Positions 26,556-42,285 of a stretch of 64,000 nt of DNA are shown here, in pieces (positions within the stretch are counted from its first letter, which is position 1; each line of letters opens with the position of its first letter). The stretch lies in assembly GCA_009914755.4 (NCBI GenBank), contig CP068257.2:22976001-23040000 (forward strand). The letters run 5' to 3'. The notes below the pieces were generated by a model. That model saw only the letters and a list, made by a program, of their open reading frames with translations, was not told the origin of the DNA and searched no databases. Source of the stretch: the human T2T-CHM13v2.0 reference genome, Homo sapiens. The position numbers and the translations under genes were made by a program.

Positions 26556-26745
26556 CAGCCTGGGCAACATAGTGAGACCCCATTTCTACAAAAAAAATAG
26601 AGTGGCGGTACATGCCTGTGGTGCCAGCTACTCAGGAGGGTAAGATGTGAGGATCTCTTGAGCCCAGTAGATCAAGGCTGCAATGAGCTGTTATTGTCCC
26701 ACTGCACTCCAGCCTGGGCAAAATAACTAGAAAAAAATAAAATGA
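26556..26745 (+). mobile_element. 5'-truncated Alu (right monomer only)
   Basis: cagcctgggcaacatagtgagaccccatttctacaaaaaaaatagagtggcggtacatgcctgtggtgccagctactcaggagg...cactgcactccagcctgggcaaaata. Confidence 0.8.
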
Positions 26746-27343
26746 TATCTTTAATTTATACCTCCACACATTATTTTAAAAGGATCTGAGACAGTCAGGA
26801 TTTGGTTTACCTGGGATAGGTGGCAAAGGCTAAGTCATGTGGCTTAAAAAATATAGAATACATCTTTGTATCATGTAAAAGATGTCTGAAGGGAGATGTT
26901 CCAGGGCGGGTACATCCTTCTGTCTTGGTATTCTGCCATCCTGTTCTCAGCAATGACCTCATAGTCCAGAAAGGCAAAGATGACACCCTGAGTTCAAGCC
27001 ATCATATCCACATACAAGCCAGCAAGAGGAACGCCTGATTAAGGGTACGATAGTGTACACATGGACATACAAAGTGGAATAATAGACACTGTTGACTTGG
27101 AAAGGTGGGAGAGTGGTGGGAGGAGGGATGAGAAATTTAATTTAATGGGTACAATGTACACTATTCCAGTGATGGCACCACTGAAAGTCCAGACTTCAGC
27201 ACTATATGATATATCTATGTAACAAAACTTTACTTCTACCCCCTAAATATATAAAAAATATAAATACAAATGTAAAATAAAAAGACAAACACACACAAAA
27301 TAAAACCATTGAACTACATTCTTAAAAAAAAAAAAAAAAAAAA

Positions 27344-27963
<620 letters not shown>

Positions 27964-29993
27964 CTACCATGGTGCCCACCGCACTGATGGTAGGTTTGGC
28001 TGTAGAACGTGCTACGGTCAATGGAATTCTAGCAGATGTGAAGACCAGCCTCAGATGGCCTCTGTTCTGAGCTTGGCCCCCAAAATAAATAGATGTGTAG
28101 CAGAAAACCATAATATCTAGCCTAGAGCTAGGACCAACTGAAGAAGAGACACCTAAATGGGCCCAGCCCAGACCCGAAGTGGAGACCTCTGGTGAAAAGA
28201 AAATTTCTCCTTTTAAATATCATGAAGACTTTCAAGTTGCCTATTATAGACAGAGGTAGTTGACTAATGCAGATTATTCTGCCTCCAACAACCTGCATAG
28301 ATTTTCTTCATCCAACATTACGTTGGTAATACCACCAAGGGGTATGTTTATCCGCAACCATAAATCCAAAGCAGTTCCCAAGTCCTCTAACATAAGATAC
28401 ATTTCACATAATTCAAATTGCAAATTTCAGAATCATCATCCACCAGGAATTGTAATTTCTTTAGGAGGATATGCATTTTACCTGCAGAAGGAAATTTAGT
28501 AAACAAAGTATGTACTTATAATCCTTTCTTTTATTTTCTGTGCTTTTATTCATGATCTGCTTTTACACCTAATCTTTTTTTCCCTTACATTTCTAAATTT
28601 GTCTGGGCAAAGGTTCAAGTTTTATAAACAAAATGGCCTTACAACTTGAACTCTTTACTGAACATCCTTATCTTTATTATTGTTGCTGTGTCTCTAACCA
28701 AAAAGTACCACTTCCTTTACAGCTTTCTTTACTATGGCTCTCTCTCTCTGTGTGTCTACTGTCTATGTTATTAATGATAATCTCTGGATGGTCAGATTAG
28801 GGATAATTATATTTGTCTCCTTTATATGTTTTTCTGTACTTTCCACATTTTCTACCTTGCATATGCATTGCTTATTATTGTAAGAAGTTATTAAATAATT
28901 TGGAAAAACATGCAAAAATAGTTTAGCCTTTTCTATTTATTGAGGTCATAAAGCAATTATTGGAATTACTTTGGTGGCATTAACAGGCAAATTGATTGAG
29001 GCTTTAAAATAGCTTTTGCTGAATCTGTCATGGCATTTTAATATTTTTAGATAAAAAAATAAAGCCCAATAGGATCAGTAAAAATTATTGGGTTTTAATT
29101 TCTAGTATCATCAAATTTGCTGAAGGCAAATTAGAATGCCAACTTAAAAAGCTGAACTTTTAAGAGTTAGTAAAAGATATATTAATTAGGAATGTTCAGT
29201 TCTTGACCCATTAATGCTATTCTTTATAAATGCATTGGGATATATTCATTTAATACTTCAGCAGTTTTACCATCCTTGCGATCTCATTTCTCGTTTCATG
29301 CTGAAGGGCTCTAATTTCTTCCTTGATTAAACTTTTGCTATGATAATAATGAAAAATTATTTTAATTATGAGAAAACTTCATCCACAAGGATTTGATGTC
29401 TTTCTTATTGTGATCTTTATTGCCTCTCTGGATCACTCCAACACGTTTTTGCCATGTCCTAGTTAAATGTTTTCTTTTCCTGAAATGGAAATTAACATCT
29501 TTTATTTTATCTTAATTTGTTTGATAAAGTGCATTTATTATTTTCCCTTTTTATTAAAATCAGATGTACAATAATTTACCAATTTAGTTTATAATTAATG
29601 GCTATGCAGTGATATACAGAACCAGAAATTCAAATCACTTATTTGCAAATAAGGACATTTGAGTTTCCTCACTGTAATGTTCAATCATATCATAAAATTG
29701 TGTGTATATCTACATAGTCATCTCCTTTTTATACATGCTATTTTATGTCAATTGTTATAAATTAGATATGCATCTATTTGTCTGTATGAACAAGAACATT
29801 CTCAAATTAATTTTTAGTGCCCAACAGGACAGAATGTGAAAGAAAAAAAATCGGGATAATTTGATTCTATTATTTCCTAGCTCTTTCATTTGCTCTTTAA
29901 GCCTCTATCCTTGGCCCCTGCCTCTATTGCCAGCCTCAGTTTCTTGTTTTTCAATATAGGTATTAAGTGATAGTTACTTTAATATGGATAATT

Positions 29994-30118
29994 TTTTTCC
30001 TTCCTTCCTTCCTTCTTTCCTTCCTTCCTTTCTCTCCCTTTCTTTTTCTTTCTTTCTTTCTTTCTTTCCTTCTTTCTTTCTCTCTTTCTTTCCTTCTTTC
30101 TTTCTCTTTCTTTCTTCA
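29994..30118. repeat. (TTCC)n/(TTTC)n polypyrimidine-polypurine microsatellite of about 125 bp
   Basis: ttccttccttccttccttctttccttccttcctttctct...tttctttctttctttc seen directly. The two track ORFs rich in F, L, P and S here are artefacts of it. Confidence 0.92.
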
Positions 30119-32241
30119 GATCACTTGTTCAACTTTGTTGTTCAATGTTGGGAATATCATTTTTTTTATTCTATACTCTCACCCATGGCTATGACCCCAA
30201 TACTATACATCAATGCTTCTACACTTATATCTTGAGTGTAGACCTTTTATTTTTTCAGATACATATATGAAATTGCTTGAAGTTGTTCTTCAGTGATGCC
30301 ATAAAGTCATCTTAACTCAAATGCAACTTAGCCCTCTCCCTCCCCTCTACCCTTAATGTTAGTAAATGACATCACCCTCCAAATCTTGAGCAGCCTTTTA
30401 AGTTTCTCTTTCTGACACCTATCTTTTCACAGGTGCCATCTGAAACTTAATCCATTAAGTTTCCAAAGTCTATACTTTAAACTATTGTCATCTCAAATTT
30501 GTATAAAAGGGACATTCCCCTTCAATCCATTATCTTCATTGCAGACCGAATTTTTTGATTAAAAATCAAACCAGATTAGGATTTTTCCCACCTTTAAACT
30601 ATTTTGCTGGCTTTCCGGTCCTCATATGCCATGTAACAACTTTTTTTTGTCATGGCTCCACAAACTTTGCTATATCTTCCACTTTCCACACTATACGATT
30701 GTTCTTCTATTGCCCTGTCTGTTCCAGATATACTGGCCGTTTAAAATTCGTATTTTACCATGCCACATCCCGTCTCGCTTCAAGTATTACCCATAATTAA
30801 TCTTTTCCTAGTTAATTTGGATTCCTTCATCAAGTCTCACCACAAAATCGCTACCTTAGGGAACACAAGAGAACAGGAGAGTATGCAAGGACATGGTCGT
30901 CATAACTTTGAACTGAAATATTAATGAATGATATAATTTAAGTACAGCATTAATGACTGTGTAAAATTAACAATAATAACAGTTAATATTTGGAGCACAC
31001 TTGTCAGGTGCTGACTTACATGCATTAGCATGGATTATCTAGCTGCTCCTTACAAAAGCCCATGAAGGCACTATAAGTAGCCTCATATTTTACAGATATT
31101 GAAAGTGCAGCTCAGAGACAGTAAGTAACTTTTCCGAGGTCACACAGTTAGCAGGAGGTGAAGACAAGGGGCAAATTCAAACAGCTGAGTAATAGAACTT
31201 CTGTATGTGTCCCACTACTATGTAGTTTCAAAATCTGGATTCCATTGCAACTCAAAAATCAAGAAAACTTGCTCTGTGTCATAACAGCTATCTGAACTAT
31301 TGACACTGCCAAAGCTAAAATGCACTGTAAACATTTCTTCAATCACCTCATATTTCTAAATGTCACTTCTGACTTTGATTAGGCAATCTTTTCTTGTGCA
31401 GATTTATCATCATCTTTGTGTTCTGGAATAGTAAAAATCATGTCAATTTACATCTGAGAAAAGGCATTCAATTAAAATTTAATTAGAATAACAGCATGCT
31501 CAATTTTTCTTGTAATATCTTTGGTTTAATGATGGAACAAAATGAGTTATTGACAGAAAAAAACAATGAAAGTAGTTTTGCATCTGCAAATTAAGATTAA
31601 AAATTTAAAAGACAAATATTTATATCCTCTCTTAAATGATAGTGCTAAATCATAAACAAAAGATGATTTAAATTAAATGTTTGTGAAAAAAGTTATAAAA
31701 ATGCTTACATTTCCTCAGATTATAATACATGTATACAATTAACAAACTAAACTAAAAAAAGAACCTGACCATGCATTTTTAATACATCTCATGGAACTCA
31801 TAATGTTTTTCCCTATACCCAACACAGTCTATTCAATATTCAGAGAAAGGAATCTACTGCTAATGCACTTGGGTATTGCCACAATAATATATTGACATAA
31901 AAGTATATTCTCAGCTTTTCTACTTATCACATTGTAGCCTGGCAACAAAGCGTATTTTGAGTAGCTCTGGTTTACTTTGTTGTGGAGTAAATCTGTTCGT
32001 GGCACAAAATTACAGGGAGGCTGGTAGTGCCTCTTTACTCTGCAAATCCAGACAACTAAGACATTTGGGAAAGATTGTATGATCATAGGCTTGTATATTA
32101 AAACCTTTTAAAAATTACGTTGAAACCTGCAATTTTATATGTTAGACACACTTCATCAATCATAACACTGGAAACAGTAGAATTATTATTCCTCTAAAAG
32201 CACCTGCCGCTAACTTAGTGATTAGGGTAAGTGAGGGATTC

Positions 32242-32648
32242 TGATATGGTTTGAATATGGCCCCCAAAATTTCATGTGTTGGAAACTTAGTCCCCAGTGC
32301 AACAGTGTTCAGAGGTGAGACCCTAAAGAGGTGATTAGGTCATGAGGGCAGAGCTCATTCTTACTGTTGATTTTACCAAGAGAGTGAGAGTAGCTTATCA
32401 CAGGAGTGGGTTCCTGCTAAAAATATGAGTTTAACCTTCTCCCTTTCTTGCTGTCTTTCTTGTACATATGTGCATGTGTGCTCTCCCGATCTTCTACCTT
32501 CCACCATAGTATGACATAGCAAGAAGGCCCTCACCAGACACAGGCCCCTCAACTTTGGACTTCCCAGTCTCAAGAACTATAAGGAATAAATCTTTGTTCT
32601 TTATAAATTATCCAGTCTTAGGTATTCTATTATAGCAGCACAAAACAG
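32242..32648 (+). mobile_element. MaLR LTR of the THE1/MST type
   Basis: Starts tgatatggtttgaatatggcccccaaaatttcatgtgttggaaacttagtcccca. Contains gtgattaggtcatgagggcagagc. Ends ...ctttataaattatccagtcttaggtattctattatagcagcacaaaacag. These are the hallmark MaLR LTR termini. Confidence 0.7.
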
Positions 32649-35617
32649 AAAAAGACACTCTCTATAGCACTTGACAAATTCAGTGAAGCCATATGGTCTT
32701 AATTTCTAACAAGGTTATATTGTGCAATGGTCAAAGGGAAAAGAACTGGAGTTTATGGTTTGAAAGTAGACAGGTAGATTCACAATATACCAAAGTTTTC
32801 CCTTCCCTGACATTTAGTCACAGCAGTGACTCTTTGGTGTTGGGTAAATATTTAGGGTTTTGAGTCAGTTTAGAGGGTCAGAGAGAGGAGATGTAGCAGC
32901 AAGAGAAGAAAATAGGGGGTTTCAAATTTTGCTAATGGGAACAAATGGGGTCACCAACAAATAATTTGAGAAAAAGTGTTATCATATTTTGATATTAATT
33001 AGTTTGATATACTATTGACTTTATACATTATCAGGTAACATACACATTACTTACTACTTACTATAGGTTGCAAATAATATTTTCTTGCATGAACCATAGG
33101 ATTCAAATTCTTCGACAATTCAAGGGAGTTAGTTTTCATTTGCAACTAGAATAAATCACTTGACTTCATAAGAGTGAACAGGGAACAGATAGACACTGAT
33201 GCTTATGAAGAAAAAACAGCACTATATAGAAAAACAAAAGGAATATTCCCAGGGTGGCATTCTGACAGAAAGTATCTTTGAATGTCCCCACTGCACGCAG
33301 TGAAAAACATCTTTTAAGACACATTGCAAGTAGTGCTTAAGTAATATCGTTATATCAAAACATGCCATCATTTAAACTTATCTGAATCAGCTACCGATAT
33401 ACAGACTTTCAGTTATATATAATTTCACCAATTTAGTCATTTTACTACAGTCTATGTCAAACTGAATATTAATGTCAAAAAAACCCCAAAACTTCATAAA
33501 AGATGCTTGAAGATGCATAAACATATTTTAATGAATATTTTGACATTATCTAAAATTCCAGACATTTATAAATAATGATTTGGCATTTTGATTTAATTTA
33601 ATTTATTTGTATTTAAATATTTCTTGATATATAATGTGCATACAGGTGTACATGCACAAAGCATTAATGTAAAACTCAATGAATTATTATAAGGGAAATA
33701 CATTTCTGCAACGATGAAATAGAATGAGCTCTGTTCTGCCCCTGAAAACCATTTTTTCCCTCTTCCTTCCCAAAGGTAACCACAATCTTAAGAACTAATG
33801 TTGTAGGTAAACTGTCTTTTTATACAAGTGTTTTTTAACAGAACATTTTAAACATATATAAAATCAACAAAATATGATAATAGACCTGACCCCCAGCCTT
33901 GGCAATTACTAATCATGTACCATTTTTGTTTCATCTATAGTTCAACCCATTCCCCGCCCCTGTTTTATTGTTCTTTCTAGTCATTTTTTGTGAGATAGGA
34001 TGTATATGCATCAAATGTACAATCTTAACTGAACATTTTTAACAAATTAATATGCCCCCATGACCTTTTCCCCTTTAAAAAATAGAAGTACCTCTATTAA
34101 CAATCATTAATGTGCTTGTCAATCACCTGGAAATATTGAAAATCCAGATTTTGATAAAATAGATCTAGGTTTTTTTCTGAGAATTTGTATGTCTAACAAG
34201 GTACGGATCCATGGAGCACATGATAACTAAAAGGTCTCTTCTATCTGAAGTACGTATAATTAAGAACAATTGACCTCAGGTGAAAGGACAAATCGAAACA
34301 CATGTACAATATGCCATCTGTAGGAGCATGTGGTTAATAATAACATGAACTGATGAAACAATTTTATAATGATTTTAATCTAAAATTAGCAAAATCCCTA
34401 TTATGGTTTCCATAGAAATGCTCTTTCAGAGTAAAAAAAAATAGTATGAGAGGGCAATAGTTAAAAACAGCAAAGATTTGGATGTAGGTGTCTTATAAAG
34501 TAAGCTTCAGATTTGGAAGTAGATGTCTTATTAAGTAAGTAGTAGACCCCTCTTCACACTCGTAGGTGGTCTTTGCAGAATTACCTCAAATTCAGTCATT
34601 TACACATCAATTGCACATACTTCTCATAGCTTCCCTTTAAAATGATATTTTAATACCCTTACAAAATTTAACTCCGTTTCTTTATCAAATTAAGTAACAA
34701 AACTTTTATATGATATTATGCATTCCATTTATATTAAACTTAAACTTACACAACTTTATTAGGCAGTGTCTCTGTGTCTAGTACCTGATATTCCTTGGGG
34801 TTCCGCCATTTGCACAGGCACCACAGCTGAGAAGCAGGGATTCACCAGACAGGATAGTCCTTGCGTCTTTTTCTTTCTCAGGGCATGAGTTAATCAGTCA
34901 ATCAAGTCATGTGAGAATAGACCATACATTACCTAGCATAAAAGTCTCATTCCTGGGCACTCTTCTCAGAGGAGGAAAAGACCAGAAAATCCTCTTAGGG
35001 GCCATTTCCTGAAACAAGAGCTAAGGGCTCTAAGGGGTCGGGGCTCCGATCAGAAGGTACAAATTTCTCAGGAGGGAGGAATGAGGCAGTCATTCTGAAC
35101 CTGGATCTCCATCATCCTTTGTCCCATCTCATCCAGGCATTTCTGAGGGGCTGTTCTGAAGCATGTCTGGATGGTGGAGGTTGGGGAACAGTGTGGGCTT
35201 TGATGGGACTCAGGTAAGGTATTTCAAGGGGAGGCAGAAGGTCAATGCTAGCCATCTGGAATGGTGTCCTTGTAGGTAGTGGGTTGCCTCTTTGGGTTCA
35301 AGTCCAATTTCACTAGAGAATGGGCTGGAGAGTCTGGAAGATTCCCATCTCTGATGCTCTGGGGATGGGGTCTGGAAGGAGCTCAGTCTCAAGATCTTTG
35401 GGAAATTATGGAAAGTCTGTTTGGGAACTTGGGAAGACCTGGTGTCTGAATGTTTGATTTGCTGTCCTGGCCACATATATCCTTTGCAGGCAGAGAGCTG
35501 GGTTTGCATTCACATCAACACAACCGTGAGCCAGAGGTTGAAGTGGCCATGGCCCGTATCTTGGTGGCAGGCTAGGGTACATCAAGAGAGAAAATTTCAA
35601 GTCTGTTGACAGCCTTG

Positions 35618-35836
<219 letters not shown>

Positions 35837-36189
35837 TAAATATAAGAAAGTTCTTTTTATATTTGTGTTTTAATGTTTTGAATGTGTTCAGTATTTAATT
35901 TTGTATCATATCACATAGCTATATTGTGAGAAATAATGAGAACCAAGGAATAACGCACAATTTGGGGGAAGTAATATTTCCTTTTCAAGTTAATTTGTGT
36001 AATCATATAGAATGAATAAATATTTATGTAATGGTTAGAATGACAAAGGAGGTAACATTAAGCGTAAGAAAATAACTTTGATTTTTTTTGGACCCATTTA
36101 TCCTTTTTGGGTTTATCACCTACTTCTAAATCTCTTTCCACCATATTCAGATAATTCACTGTGGGTTCTGTTGCCCATTCTCCAAAGTA

Positions 36190-36489
36190 TTTTTTTATTT
36201 TTATTTTTTTGAGACAGAGTCTTGCTCTGTCACCCAGGCTGGAGTATAGTGTGTGATCTTGGCTCACTGCAACCTCCACCTCCTGGGTTCAAGTGATTCT
36301 CCTGCCTCAGCCTCCTGAGTAGCTGGGATTACAGGTGCATGCCACCGTGCCTGGCTAATTTTCGTATTTTTAGTAGAGACGGGGTTTCACCATATTGGCC
36401 AGGCTGGTCTCGAACTCCTGACCTCATGATTCACCCGCCTCAGCCTCCCAAAGTGTTGGGATTACAGGCATGAGCCACAGAGCCTGGCC
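36190..36489 (-). mobile_element. Full-length Alu SINE, antisense
   Basis: Poly-T run followed by gagacagagtcttgctctgtcacccaggctggagtatagtgtgtgatcttggctcactgcaacc ... gcatgagccacagagcctggcc. The flanks share ccaaagt.ttttt. Confidence 0.9.
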
Positions 36490-36696
36490 CAAAGTTTTTT
36501 GTATGTGCAATTGTCACTCCTACCTTCTGCTCTCAAAATTATTGTTCTTTGAGTTTGATATAGCCAATGCTGCTTCATCATGCTACTGAAACCTGTGCCA
36601 TTAAGTGATGTTCTTGGAGCTGTAGCTGACCACTGTCACAGCTTTTACAAGCACTAGCTCTAGGTATGTAGGTATGACAGGCCTGGGCCTGGAGTT

Positions 36697-36996
36697 TTGT
36701 TTTTTTTGTTTTTGTTTTTTGAGACATGGTTTGGCTCTGTCGTTCTGTCACCCAGGCTGGAACAATGGCATGATCGTAGCTCTTTGTAACCTTGATTTCC
36801 TGGGCTCAAGCAATCCTCCTGCCTCAGCCTGCTGAGTAGCTGGGATTATGGGCATGTTACACTATGCCAAGCTATGTTTTTTATATTATATTTTATATTT
36901 TTTATAGAGATAGAGTCTTACTGTGTTGCCTAGGCTTGTCTTTATCTCCTGACCTCAAGCAATATTCCCACCTCAGCCTCCCAGAGTACTTGGATT
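36697..36996 (-). mobile_element. Old AluJ-like SINE, antisense, 5'-truncated
   Basis: A (T)n(GTTTT)n tail followed by gagacatggtttggctctgtcgttctgtcacccaggctggaacaatggcatgatcgtagctc ... ctcagcctcccagagtacttggatt. Highly diverged. Confidence 0.8.
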
Positions 36997-37672
36997 TTTT
37001 GTGTAAACCATTAGCCCCAGCTTGAAGTGTTCTTAATACTGATGAAACCTAGCATATATTTACCAACTGGACTCAGTTTCTTGGAATTGCAGTTTGCAGA
37101 GACCATTCTGTGTTTTGTGCTTAATAAGAAATAATCCCACTCTCCTTTAAGTGTATTTCTCTTTGACCTTATTCTCAAAACAATCCTACCTTTCAATCTT
37201 AAATTTTCTAAACAATCTTTTCAATTGTTGGTCTTTTATTTTCTGGAGCCCCGAACCCCAGCTTCCACCACCAAGTCAGATAAAAGTTCATTGAGGCTGG
37301 TCTTGGGAACAGTTTTAGTGATATTTTTAAACTTGTTACTTCCCTCTGATGGCCAAGTTAATATTAATGAAAAAATTGGTAGGTCTTATTCACTCTTCTC
37401 TAAGGTGATTTATTACCCAAGAAACATTCTCTTAAAGCCCTAGACATTTATTATCCTGTGAATTATCCATCTATTGTCAAAGAAAAAAGTATAAATACCA
37501 GTGACTATTAGAAAAATAAAATCCCTAGGCAGTATTGAGACACAGCTGAGATGGCTAAACATGAAATAACAAAAGAGGAAACATCTCCATTTTTACCAGA
37601 TTTTTGTTTTGTCAGCCCATCATCATCTTTTTTTTTTCTAAATATGAAATATGAAGTACATGCTTTGGTTAA

Positions 37673-37984
<312 letters not shown>

Positions 37985-39069
37985 TACCTGAAATTTTTTT
38001 CAGGTAGTTTTGACAAAGGAAAACAGAAAAAGCAGTTGAATGTTGCCAAAAGATTGCTTGAATCAGTGCATCACAGAATTTAAAATATCAGATGCATAAA
38101 ATATAAGCAAGCAAATTCAGAATTGTCTTGCTAGGTAAGGAGTAAGCATTCAGTGCTTAATAAACCAGACAAAAGGACAGATTTCAGCAAAAAAGATGGA
38201 GTGTTAAGAAGATATGGTGAGACCTTTATATTGAAAGTTTTACAGTTACAAATTATACCAAGGTTTACGGTATACAGACAGTAACTGATGTGGATAGAAA
38301 ATCATATTTGATAACTAGAATGATCACACATGTTCAAAAATGTGGAAGAGTTCACAGACTCCACAGAGGATACTCACATAAGACTTCTAACAAAGGCAAA
38401 GAATATGGTAGAGCTAGAGGAAGAGATTACAGGTAAACATCTGAGATGTGAGGGATAACCAGGACTGACCCACCCCAGAGGGTTTTTATTCACACAAGAA
38501 CGTACATAGGCTCTGAAATGAATTGTCAAGATGAGTTGAAAAGTTGAAAAGCGTTGGTTTCGGAGGACTTCTGGCAAAAGCCTCCAGCTGACTCTTTCAT
38601 GTGTCTCTTGTCTAATTTGTAGGTGAATACTATCCGTAAACATAATGGGCCTGAGTGTCACCAAGAGAACTTTGGACTTTAAGCGGAACATGATGAATCA
38701 TTAATCAATTAGTAACTTAATTAATTAAACTAATTTTAGCCAAGCATCAAATTCTGATGAGAAATTCTGAGAGACAAGGATAAATATCTTCCAGTCCAAC
38801 TGTTAAATAACTGGCTTACACAATATCCTGCCCCCATAGTGTGAATTTGTTGAAGTAATTTGTGTTAGACAAAGAGTTGAGTAAAGTTGTGTCAGCTGCT
38901 AAATTTAGGAAGGAAGTGCCTAGAACTTGGAGATGAAATTAATGAGGAGACATTAGGATTAACAGATGGTAGTGGACTCAAAGGTGCCAGTATTTTTATG
39001 CAGGCATGTAGTCATATATTGATTCACAAGAACTCAAGGAAAGTGACAAAAAGGCTTATTCTAACTTCC

Positions 39070-39880
39070 AACCTTAAAGCTTATTTTTGAACCTGAGTCT
39101 GCCTTTGTAAGGATTATTACAGTGAGATTAGTTTAATTGCCTGACTCCATCTTGCTTCTGGCGTTGTAGGCTGATTGTCCTCGCTCATTCCTGGGCATAG
39201 GCCAAGCTAACCATGGAAGAAATTTAGTGTTTGATTTAATGTTGAAGCAAGAATAATAGTCCCTTCCTAAAACTGATTCTCTCCTTGTTTGGGGACTGAG
39301 ACTGTCTTTGCAAGATTATTGAAGTCTACAAGGTTGGGATTACAAGAGGAGCCTGAATTCAACTAAAATGTAGATATACAATAATCAGCTATTGCACTGC
39401 GCCTTGCTTTTCTATAACCCCTTACTGCTCAGGAGTCATGTGGTCAGAGGTCTCAAGTTTGTGACTTTTCCAGTTGCTCCTGTAGATAGCATCATTATTG
39501 TGGAAGCTAACATTGGTCTTTTGAGATGTTTTCCAGACTTTTGTGCTCTGGCTCACTGATTCCACCTGGACCCAGGACTCATGACTGGACTGGTTCTGTG
39601 GCCCCATCCAGAGGATGACTCAGCCACAAGGATAGTTTTCCACATGCCTATGACTTCATCCCCCATCCACCAGCAGCACCCATTTCCTAGCTCCCTGCTA
39701 GGCAAATTATGCACGAAAACCCTAGACTCTGAGTTCTTGGGGAGATGAATTTGAAAATTAACTTCCATTCTTCTGCTTGGCTGGCCCTGTGATTATTAAA
39801 CTTTGTCTTTGCTGCCAAAAACCTGCTATTCTCAGTGCATTGGCTTTTCTAAACAGTGGGCAAGATGAACCCATCAGGTA
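39070..39880 (+). mobile_element. Unclassified LTR-like interspersed repeat, copy 2, uninterrupted
   Basis: Homologous to copy 1 (16690-17770). Near its 3' end it contains attattaaactttgtctttgctgcc, a U5-like poly-A signal context. Confidence 0.5.
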
Positions 39881-41974
39881 ATTATACTTGCTAGTCAATC
39901 ATTCATTTGTTTATTTAATACTCTCTTTACAATTATTCCAAAAAAAACCAGCTAAAAATTCCCTCTTCACAAAAAAATGCATGCCCTTGAGTTAGAAATC
40001 ATCAAGATAATTCTAAACAGTTGCTTTATGTAGAATTGCCAATATTAAATCATGAGCTTTCAGTAAACTACTTGGTAATCTAAAACCTACTTTGATAATT
40101 GCAATTTTATAAATATAGGCAGGCAACAGTCACAAGTTTTTAAATTAAATGGCAAATACAGTGTGCTTTATGTTTGGTTACTTAAAGTATGAGCTCAATG
40201 TCTATAGCTTAATAAAATCTGAAATTTAACTTAAAGTGCAAATATACCTTCTCCATATTATGGATGATGCACTGCTCACCAATACATTTCACTTAAATCA
40301 CAAAAGATTAGGTAATATTAATGCCATGAGTCTTTCCAAATAAAGAATTTTCCATATATATGTTGATTGATAGCCATGAACTCATTCAAACCTCAGGGAA
40401 AAGCTGAGTGATGTCAAGCAGTTGCCAACTATGCAGATTGATCAAAGTAATACCTCATTGCTCTGGAGACAATGACAGGAACTCATGTTGAATTTGACAG
40501 GTTCACTGACATTAGCTCTAATAAGACCACATTTCAGTGCAGCTGCATTAGGCTACAAACTGAACTGCTCCCTGCCAGTAGTCCTGGAAAAGGAGAAATG
40601 ATTCATGCTATCAGATACTGCACAGACAAGCAATGAGTGTTTACTACTTGAATGAGATAGAGTAGACATGCTTTATTTCCTCCATAATCTTCTTTGAATT
40701 GCATTTGCCCAAAACATCCCAGTATTTCAAACAAATAAATACTACCCAAAGTATGTCTCCATGCTCACGGATCTTGCAGAGATATTTGTGTCCAGGCCTT
40801 ATCTGTTATGGCCCCAGAGCTTTAGCCTTTAGATCCATGACCCATGATAGCATTGGATACTCCTAATTAACTACACAGCTTTTAATCAAATTAATATGCT
40901 CAAATGTGTGATGTCCGAAGAAAACAGTAGACAGAATTCTGAGAACAAAGATTCCTGCGTAAATGCTGCATAGTGAAGATTGTCATTGAGTTCAGCCTTA
41001 ATTTGATGATTTGACTGAAGAAGGGGCAACAAAAGGAGCAAAGCATTTCAAGGAACAGAAAATGAAACAAAATCATGAAAATATTAAAGACCGGGGTGTG
41101 TTAAATGTTCTAAGAGATGCCTGCTCCAAAAGGAACTGTTTGCAATTTAAGGCTACAAATCACACTTAGGGAGGAACACAGTTGGGTGACTCAATGAGAG
41201 AGATTGTTAAAGCCTTGGGAAGGAGGAGGAAAATCTCAATCTCAGCAATGCATACGTTTAAAAAATAACTGTGAATATTTTTAAATTGTGGTATGAAATA
41301 AGAGAAAAGCTTATATTTTAGGAAAAGTTGATCATTTAGTATTGTGAAAAACTGATTGGAGATTAAAGAGTCAGGAGGAGTTAAGATGACTATGACAAAG
41401 CCAGTTTGCCAGCCTGCTGCCTCTGGGTAAATTTTTATTCCAGTCTAAGAAGTTACTGGTAGAAATGGAAATTATGCAAGAGACATAACTGAAATTTCAA
41501 TGAAAAATTAATGTTTGATGATCTATTTAGCAAAGGAGAGAATAATAAGGGAACTTTATTTTTATTTTCTCAAGGGTATTTTAATTATGAAACAAATATT
41601 AGCAAAACGTGAAATGATTGTTTTTCTTAGGTTGGACAACATTGAGAAACATGTTTACTTTTGTTATTGAAAGGCTGCACATGCCCTCAGCTTAAAAAAT
41701 CTATTCAGGATTTTTTTGTCAGATTTTTAATGTATATTTTATACAATTTATTTCCGATCAAACATTTAATTATACTACCTTTCTATGCTGCTTTTTTGGC
41801 AAATTTAAATATATATTGTAGAAATTCTAAAGAGTATCATAAATCTTAATTTCTCTATCATATATCTTCAATAATTACATCTATTTTGCCGTTTTGTATA
41901 AGTTATATCTCCACTCAATCCTCTCTCCCTATCTTAATTATTAATATTTTAGATGTTTTTCTAGGTGAAATTTA

Positions 41975-42285
41975 TTTAATTAAATTAATTGATTATTTTT
42001 TGAGACAGGATCTTACTCTGTCTCACATGCAGTAGTGCAGTGGCGTGATCTCAGCTCACTGCAACCTCCGCCTCCCAGGTTCGAGTGATTCTTCCACCTC
42101 AGCTTGCCAAGCAGTTGGGATTACAAGCATGAGCCACCCCGCCTAGCTGATTTTTTTGTATTTTTAGTAGAGTCCGGGTTTTGCCACGTTGGCCGGGCCG
42201 GTCTCAAACTCCTGGCCTCAAGTGATCTGCCTGCCTCAGCTTCCCAAACTGCTGGGATTACAGGTGTGAGCCACCACCCCTGGCC
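41975..42285 (-). mobile_element. Full-length Alu SINE, antisense, with a perfect 14 bp TSD
   Basis: The tail is elaborated to ttaattaaattaattgattatttttt before gagacaggatcttactctgtctcacatgcagtagtgcagtggcgtgatctcagc ... ggtgtgagccaccacccctggcc. The TSD ctaggtgaaattta sits at 41961-41974 and 42286-42299. Confidence 0.92.
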
